Shown here: one piece after another, positions 8,101 through 14,921 of the stretch
How the letters are laid out: the number at the start of each line of letters is the position of its first letter
Numbering within the stretch: the first letter of the stretch is position 1
Assembly: GCF_006345805.1 (NCBI RefSeq)
Contig: NW_021825607.1
Location: 1-14,921 of the forward strand
Origin: Octopus sinensis
Taxonomy: Eukaryota
DNA length: 14,921 nucleotides
Reading direction: 5' to 3'
Made by a program: the position numbers and the translations under genes
Notes under the pieces: model-generated
Database searches by the model: none
The model's input: only the letters and a program-made list of their open reading frames with translations
Told to the model about the DNA's origin: nothing

Positions 8101-8498
8101 ATGCGCAGATGTAGCTGTGTGGTAAGGCGGCGAGCTGGCAGAAACGTTAGCACGCCGGGCGAAATGCTTATTGGTATTTCGTCTGCCGTTACGTACTGAG
8201 TTCATATTCCGTCGAGGTAGACTTTGCCTTTCATCCTTTCAGGGTCGATAAATTAAGTGCCAGTTACAGACTGGGGTCGATGTAATCGACTTAATCCATT
8301 TGTCTGTCCTTGTTTGTCCCCTCTATGTTTATCCCTTTGTGGGCAATAAAGAAATAAGAAGATTGCTTCCCAACCACACGGTACCAAGTTCAGTCCCTCT
8401 ACGTGACGCCTAGCGCTAGTGTTTTCTACTATAGCCTCAGGATTTGTTAGAGGGAAACTGAAAGAAGCTCATCATATATACATATATATGTGTGTGTG

Positions 8499-8541
<43 letters not shown>

Positions 8542-8680
8542 TCCCGCCACTGCTTGATAACCGTAACCTAGCAGTTCGGCAAAAGAGAGATATAGAATAC
8601 GTATTAGGCTTTTTAAAAGACGGTGCTCCAGCATGACCGCAATCAAATGAGTGAAACAAGTTAAAGATAAAAGGTAAAAG
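8101..8680 (+). mobile_element. SINE family A copy, interrupted by a SINE-B insertion and carrying internal deletions
   Basis: The head ATGCGCAGATGTAGCTGTGTGGTAAG (8101-8126) resumes at 8355 TAAGAAGATTGCTTCCCAACCACACGG. Internal (TA)(TG)n at about 8473-8540; tail ...CCAGCATGACCGCAATCAAATGAGTGAAACAAG. Confidence 0.85.
8127..8354 (+). mobile_element. Second tRNA-derived SINE (family B), nested
   Basis: Head GCGGCGAGCTGGCAGAAACGTTAG, B-box-like GTTCATATTCC (8200-8210), A-rich tail GCAATAAAGAAA. TAAG is duplicated at 8123-8126 and 8355-8358. Confidence 0.85.
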
Positions 8681-8907
8681 AAGATACATATATTCAATGT
8701 TTCGATCGGTTTTGTTCCCGATTTCTATCGAGTTTTCTTATTTTTGAATGTGTACATAGAACGATACTGGATTCAAACTCAGGACAATAAACTTCGTATC
8801 CAAAAAGTCATCGACACATGCACAAATTATATCATAATTTTATGCTATTTATATTTAACTTTCTCTAAAGTCAGCCGTATTGACCTGATGTCAACTCTAT
8901 ATGCTCA

Positions 8908-8917
8908 CTGATTGGCT
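8908..8917 (-). promoter_or_regulatory. NF-Y-type CCAAT box (AGCCAATCAG)
   Basis: Exact extended consensus on the minus strand. Motif only; no TSS evidence. Confidence 0.25.
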
Positions 8918-10655
8918 TATCAACAAGCATTTCATGTATTGCATCTTTGATTTTACTAAATTTCCAGTGTGGTTCTCTATCAATTACCGAAATTTAAATC
9001 TATAGAATTAGAAGAATATGATTTCCAGTCTCGCAGTATATACGTTCAGCCATTCTTGACTTAGATGTTTCTCCTCTCATTATAGATTCCCCAAGCAAAG
9101 TCTATTAGAGTAAAAAGAGTTTTTATCTCTGCCAAAAGCCATTGCAACAGCAACATCAAGAACAACTAGAAAATGTAGCATAAACTTAATGACTTTTATA
9201 GGAATAGCTATTCACTTCTAAGTGTAGTGAGACCGTTAGAATATATGGTAAACTTCCAACATGCTGGAACCACAACAAGATTCTAATAACTAAGTGAAGC
9301 TATTTCTGTTCGCTTATGCTGCTAATGATCTTGGGAAAGGAATGAAAGCCACACATTCTTAGCTTTTCAAAACGCTAGTCTATTGTTTATAATAATGAAT
9401 GAAAGGCAATATTTCATAAGTGAACAATGACTTTGAACTAAATAATAAAATATAGTCCCATATGCATACGTACGTGTGTGTTAGGGGTATGTATGTGTGT
9501 AATAGGAGTATCTATCTCTGCCACATATTTCTAGAACACTATGAGCATATATTGTCTATATGTTACATACATACATAAAACATATAGATGTACATAAATG
9601 CATGCATACATACCCACTTAAATAAGAATACTCCTTGATTGTGAGGCATAAGATGAATGACACAGATTTTAGCGGTTGCATATTTTCAGGTGACTTTTGA
9701 GAATAGAAAATATCTTTCAAATATTTTTTTGTGTATTGAATAAGCTATTTGGGAGCAAGATGTGTTTTTATATTTTCATGAGAAGTTTTAGGGCACATGC
9801 TGTGTGTTGCATTCGAGATTCTTTACTAGATTGACCAGATTGTAAGTTATGAGTCGAATAGTTTTGTGCGAATTTATATGACTAATTGCCTTAGTAAGGC
9901 AGCCATATCCACCAGTTTTAAAATTAAGACGGTTTATTTAAGAAATTTTCTAGAAATCATATGAATAGTACAAGTGTGTGAAAAAACTTTGGGTAATACT
10001 GGTGGGAAATTATGCAATATATGTAATGAGATATCAATAAAAAACAGCACAAAGAAAAGATATTGCATTACCTTACAATTTGTCTAAAAATTGACAGGTT
10101 TTTTAAAATCCTACAAGATTTCGGGAAAGGTTCTCCTATTCAAACAGAAAACAGAAAATAATCAAAGAGTTCCGCGAAATGTTTTATTATCAGTAGACCG
10201 TTCTAGTGTGTTTTAACAACATACTAGAGTTGCTTCAGTTTACGGGAGTTTCAGTTTGCATGAGCCCTAATAGTTGTTAGGGGATATGATGATCAACTGT
10301 CTAACTAGGGGCTAGCATTGTCTGAGACAACATTGCAGAAGAATAATATCTATTCTTAGAATTCCACTTCACTGAAGAAATTCTGTGTTCAATGTGTTCA
10401 ATTTCTGTTCACTATTCTACATAAACTTTTATACTGTTTATGCACTCCACGTGCTTTGTTGGTATATAAAAAAAATGATCCAAGAAACCACAAGCGTAGT
10501 AATGATTAAACTTTGTACTTACTATGTAATCCCATTGACTCCACGCCCCTTTTATCTGCTACCTGAAAGATTCAGTTGCATTATCCGGGCATAGAGAGAT
10601 CGCTTCAATTTTTAACAATACATCAGTTGAAGCTGTACTTCTAAGAAAGAGTGAA

Positions 10656-10962
10656 GGCACGTGGCTTAGTGGTTAGGACATTCGGCTCACGATTGTAAGC
10701 TCATGAGTTCAAATCCCGGCGACGCGTTGTGTCGTTGAGCAAGTCACTTTAGTTCACGTTGCTCCAGTCCGCTCACCTGGCAAAAATGAGTTGTACCAGT
10801 AGTTCAAAGGGCCGGCCTTGTCACATTCTGTGTCACGCTGAATCTCCCTGAGAACTATGTTAGGGGTACACGTGTCTGTGGAGTGCTCGGCCACTTGCAC
10901 GTTAATTTCACGAGCAAGCTGTTCGGTTGGGACGATCCTCGTCGTAACCGACGGAGTGCTCC
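10656..10962 (+). mobile_element. Third tRNA-derived SINE (family C), near full length
   Basis: A-box TGGCTTAGTGG (10662-10672), B-box GTTCAAATC (10707-10715), a central GTTGAGCAAGTCACTT...GCTCCAGTCC segment resembling conserved SINE core domains, and a GC-rich 3' part ending GTAACCGACGGAGTGC. No clear TSD. Confidence 0.85.
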
Positions 10963-11124
10963 TTAAGATAGACGAACTGAGTGATCTACAGACTGAAGAC
11001 ATTGGCCGCACACCGCGTACAAGAACAACAATTGATGAGTAACAGTTGATGTGACTCTGTACCATTGCTAGTGTCACAACTATATATGCAAATATATACA
11101 TATACATACACAGTATATATGAGT

Positions 11125-11310
11125 ATGAAACTGTTAACCCAGACACTTTTTACCTCTCCGTAATTTTTCCCATTTTCTTTCCTTATTCCTTTCTGCCGAC
11201 GAGCGTAGGTCCGAAACTTCAGATACTTCTACATTTTCCTGAGCGTCAAATTACAACATCTTGTTACTTGTTCCCTCAACTATCTGCGTCTTTTTTTGTT
11301 TTATACATTC
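11125..11310 (+). mobile_element. Probable Penelope-like element terminal fragment with a hammerhead-ribozyme remnant
   Basis: Pyrimidine-rich lead-in, then CCGACGA-GCGTAGGTCC-GAAAC-TTC (11196-11220), i.e. a CUGANGA...GAAA layout with U4C. The downstream CCTGAGCGTCAAATTA..CTGCGTCTTTTTTTGTTTT resembles PLE ends I recall from cephalopod sequence (unverified). Confidence 0.45.
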
Positions 11311-11388
11311 GAACCGTACATGTGTGATGTGATGCGTGTGTATGTGAATATGTGTGTGAGTGTGTGTATGTGTGTGACATGATTTATT

Positions 11389-11438
11389 TCACGTAAGAAT
11401 TCAATTCCATTACGTAATCATAAATCATATTTACGTTA
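11389..11438. promoter_or_regulatory. Three phased ACGT-core bZIP-type sites
   Basis: TCACGTAA 11389-11396, TTACGTAA 11410-11417, TTACGTTA 11431-11438; 21-bp pitch with dissimilar spacers. Confidence 0.3.
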
Positions 11439-11516
11439 GACACGACAACTACATGTCAGAGTGTATACACTTTTAACACATGGATTTATTGAGCACTTTT
11501 ATCTCTTTGTACTTCA

Positions 11517-11578
11517 ATGTACATCTATGTCTCTACTTACCTATCTATCTATCGAAATATCTTTCAACATGTATATAC

Positions 11579-11655
<77 letters not shown>

Positions 11656-11674
11656 TACATATACATACATATAT

Positions 11675-11718
<44 letters not shown>

Positions 11719-11780
11719 GTATATATATGTATGTATGTATGTATGCATATACGTATACATGCATGTATTATGTATGTGTA
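11517..11780. repeat. Compound (TATC)/(TA)/(TATG) microsatellite
   Basis: Directly visible. Confidence 0.95.
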
Positions 11781-12134
11781 TTGTGGAAAATACAAAATTG
11801 TGCAAAAGATTAAACAAAGACTTCTGAAGGTATAGTCTCTGTGCGTGTATATGTAAATGCTTGTATGCGTGTGTGTGTGTGTGTGTGGGAACTGTTACTC
11901 ACATACAAATATGTATCAGGCAATCATTGAAAAGATGTGTTATTTTTTCTCGTCTTTCTATACAAGGTGAATGAAACTTGTAAAGAATGTGTGCACATAC
12001 GTGTAAACAAAGAGTTTTACAGATATCTAAATCTCTAATTAAATATCTCAAGATATATATGAACAAAAGCCAATCGTGAGTAGGATTATAACACACAACA
12101 GTCAACACATAGCAAAAAGTAAAAAGAAAACAAC

Positions 12135-12382
12135 ATATATATATATATATGTGTGTGTGTGTGTATGTGTGTGTGTGTATGTGTGTGTGTGTGTGTGTGT
12201 GAGTGTGTACGTGAGTACATATGATATTATGATATATATATGCGGTTTTAGAAATTTAAATATATAATGAAATAACAAAATAACAATAAAATGACAAATG
12301 TATATCAGACGAATAGATATGTAAAGGAATAGATGAATATATATATTATACACACACAAAGATTTATGCATATACATATTTA

Positions 12383-12446
<64 letters not shown>

Positions 12447-12681
12447 TGTATTTTACTATATATATGTATATCTGCCTTCATATAAATATATGTAATATAT
12501 TTTACATATATGTATGTAATTTTCTATATGTATATAAACTTATATAAACATATACATATATATATATGTAGGTATACATGCATCAATGTGTGCCTGTGTG
12601 TTTATGTATGTGTGCTTGAGTGTATATAGATATATATACATATATTTATGTATATATATACGTGTATATATATATATGTAT

Positions 12682-12760
<79 letters not shown>
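12135..12760. repeat. Microsatellite-dominated block: (TA)n, (TG)n and two long pure (TA) runs (about 12388-12441 and 12690-12761)
   Basis: Directly visible; a short AT-rich non-repeat interval at about 12245-12370. Confidence 0.9.
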
Positions 12761-12765
<5 letters not shown>

Positions 12766-12884
12766 ATTATATTTTAAAGAAATCTGAGGAGATGAAGAAA
12801 ATAGATAAATATAAATATTTACTGTGTCCCTCGTTAATGTTTTCGAAATTGTAGATAATTTCTATGAAAGGCTTCTCGTTGATA

Positions 12885-12898
12885 GTTGCCATGGCAAC
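12885..12898. promoter_or_regulatory. Perfect RFX X-box palindrome GTTGCCATGGCAAC
   Basis: Exact 14-bp match to the canonical RFX consensus, in a ~190-bp unique island between microsatellites. Confidence 0.5.
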
Positions 12899-12949
12899 GC
12901 AATAGAATGAATAAATATTGTATACTCCCGCAAACCAAGATATCTCTAA

Positions 12950-13048
12950 CAGACACACACATATAAAGAGGCACATGCACATACACAAGCAAAACACCTA
13001 TAAATATGTACATATATACAGACGTGAGTACATACATACATACATACA

Positions 13049-13111
<63 letters not shown>

Positions 13112-13170
13112 GTATAGATATATATACATATATATATATATATGTGTGTGTGTATATATATATATATACG
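12950..13170. repeat. (CA)/(TACA)/(TA) microsatellite block
   Basis: Directly visible. Confidence 0.9.
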
Positions 13171-13339
13171 TAAAAAATGAAGGAGTATATATCAAAGAAA
13201 TGCAAAAAGAAAATGAGTGAAAATAGTTCATTTGAAAAGTAATTATTATAACAAGCGAGCTGATTGCTTATGAGAATTTATGGCACTTACAGACAATAAG
13301 ATTTTTCTGTTATTATGTTAATATTGTATAGTTTCATAA

Positions 13340-13541
13340 TATATATGTATATGTGTGAATACATGAATATATATATATATATATATATATTACATACACA
13401 CATACACGTATACATATTTATATATTATATATATATATATATATGTATATATTATATATATATAATATATATATTGTAGGTGTATATGTATATATAGATA
13501 GGTAAGCATTATATATATGTATGCTTGCTTGCCTATGTTTA

Positions 13542-13579
<38 letters not shown>

Positions 13580-13766
13580 ATTATCTGTCTGTCTGTCTCT
13601 CTCTCTCTCTCCTCTCTCTCTCTCTAGTCTATACATTTATATATATGTGTGTGTGTGCGTGTGTATGTGCGTATACATGTGTGTGTTTATATATAATATA
13701 TATATATGCATATATAAATACATATACATATAGATATATGTATGAATATATGTATATATACATGGA

Positions 13767-13806
<40 letters not shown>

Positions 13807-13831
13807 TATATACAGATATATATGTATATAG

Positions 13832-13867
<36 letters not shown>

Positions 13868-13906
13868 GTATATATATATATGTATATATGTATATTATAT
13901 AATATG

Positions 13907-13972
<66 letters not shown>
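13340..13972. repeat. Long degenerate (TA)n block with (CT)n and (TG)n inserts
   Basis: Directly visible. Confidence 0.95.
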
Positions 13973-13977
<5 letters not shown>

Positions 13978-14094
13978 GAGAGACATGTCTTTTAGAAGCA
14001 TTGAAATTATAAAATTTTCATTTCAAATTAGAAACCGATCTCTGAAGAATAAATAAATAACAAATTTTAGCAAATAACAATAATTACTGTAACA

Positions 14095-14250
14095 GCATCT
14101 TCATCATCATCAGCAGCAGCAGCAGCAGCGGTAACGGCAACAACAATAGCAAGAACAACACTGTCAATAATAATAACAATCATATCAACAGCATTATGAT
14201 GACGTTGTTAATAAAATTGAAATAATAATATTAATAATAATAATAATAAT
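14095..14250. repeat. Mixed trinucleotide repeats (CAT)/(CAG)/(CAA)/(AAT)
   Basis: Directly visible. Confidence 0.9.
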
Positions 14251-14745
14251 AGGAAAATTTTGATATATAAATATTATTTTTAGTATTAAAAATAATAACA
14301 AATTTAATGACGATGATGTTGATAAGAAGAAGATTATTTTTCATTAATTAAAATTCGACTCAAATGAAGCTGCTGTAATTCCTAACGACGTAGCAAATGA
14401 CCTTTTTTTCCCTTTCTTCTGCTTTTTCCTCCCATGTGATATTCCGTTGAAGTTGACAACGAACAGTTTTTCAATAATTAATAATTTTTCTCCCCCACCC
14501 CTCTTCCACCCCTGTCCCACACCCCAATCTTCGACTTACCCTTTCCTCCTTCTGACCAACACCCTTCCTCCCTTCTTTACTTCTTTCTTTCTTCGGGTCT
14601 ATCTTTGCTTTCTTTCTTTCTTTCTTTTTCCTTTCTTTCTCTCTTCCTTTCTTTGCTTTCTTTCTTTGCTTTCTTTTTCCTTATGCTCACTGTTAAATCT
14701 CTCCTTCCTTCTCCTCCTCCATCATCATCATCTTCTTCTTCTTCT

Positions 14746-14820
14746 TTCTTCTTCTTCTTCTTCTTCTTCTTCTTCTTCTTCTTCTTCTTCTTCTTCTTCT
14801 TCTTCTTCTTCTTCTTCTTC
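14746..14820. repeat. (TTC)25 within a pyrimidine-rich tract (about 14400-14921)
   Basis: Perfect 75-bp run, preceded by (CTC), (ATC)4 and (TTC)4. Confidence 0.97.
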
Positions 14821-14921
14821 TTTTTCGTTGTACTTCTACATTTCCTCTTTTCATCCTTTTCTTCATTCTTCTCAGAGTGGCTCTTCCTCCTCATCTCAAT
14901 CTATCTACACAATCTCCCTCC

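Noticed and set aside
9040-9190. Possible exon after TTCTCCTCTCATTATAG
   Set aside because: All three frames hit stops before a convincing donor.
10656-10730. tRNA gene call for the A/B-box head (also 7968-8032 and 8127-8210)
   Set aside because: No complete cloverleaf, and each continues into SINE body sequence.
11943-11972. Recursive splice site-like polypyrimidine-AAG|GTGAAT (also TTTTCAG|GTGACT near 9710)
   Set aside because: Weak -3 and/or +5 positions, the host gene strand is unknown, and such motifs are common in AT-rich DNA.
13981-13990. p53-type half-site AGACATGTCT
   Set aside because: Only one half-site; a 10-bp palindrome is expected by chance at this scale.
533-14001. The many H/T/Y/I/M/C/V-rich ORFs in the track
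   Set aside because: They are translations of (CA), (TA) and (TATG) microsatellites, open on both strands in several frames, with no domain signal.
14577-14894. Lys/Glu-rich 105-aa minus-strand ORF
   Set aside because: The poly-K is simply (GAA)n; low-complexity purine tract with no splice or domain support.

Overview
AT-rich, non-coding eukaryotic DNA (intronic or intergenic). By my rough tally about a third is simple sequence repeat: (TA)n, (CA)n, (TATG/CATG)n, (TATC)18 and (TTC)25. I can support no host exon, rRNA, tRNA gene or CRISPR array, and almost all listed ORFs are microsatellite read-throughs. The mix of tRNA-derived SINEs and microsatellites resembles octopod cephalopod (Octopus) genomes; this is recognition from memory, not a database result. 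Mobile elements: a hAT-type MITE with a perfect 8-bp TSD (264-499); the 5' end of an RTE-like LINE with a candidate HDV-like ribozyme fold (901-1417); five full or partial copies of one SINE family ('A'); a second SINE ('B') nested in one of them; a third SINE ('C', 10656-10962); a decayed Jockey-group (CR1/L2-like) ORF2 3' end on the minus strand (5245-5860); two foldback elements; a Penelope-like end with a hammerhead remnant (about 11125-11310); and an unclassified ~125-bp repeat in two copies. The unique islands carry conspicuous candidate cis-elements: a triple AGGTCA array (DR4-DR4) and a DR1, three ACGT bZIP-type sites at an exact 21-bp pitch, and a perfect RFX X-box palindrome. I see no clear new biological system. 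The best leads are the ribozyme candidates, the inverted SINE pair (possible dsRNA/ADAR substrate), the LINE fragment inside a SINE head, and the regulatory motifs. Microsatellite and decayed-element boundaries are approximate.
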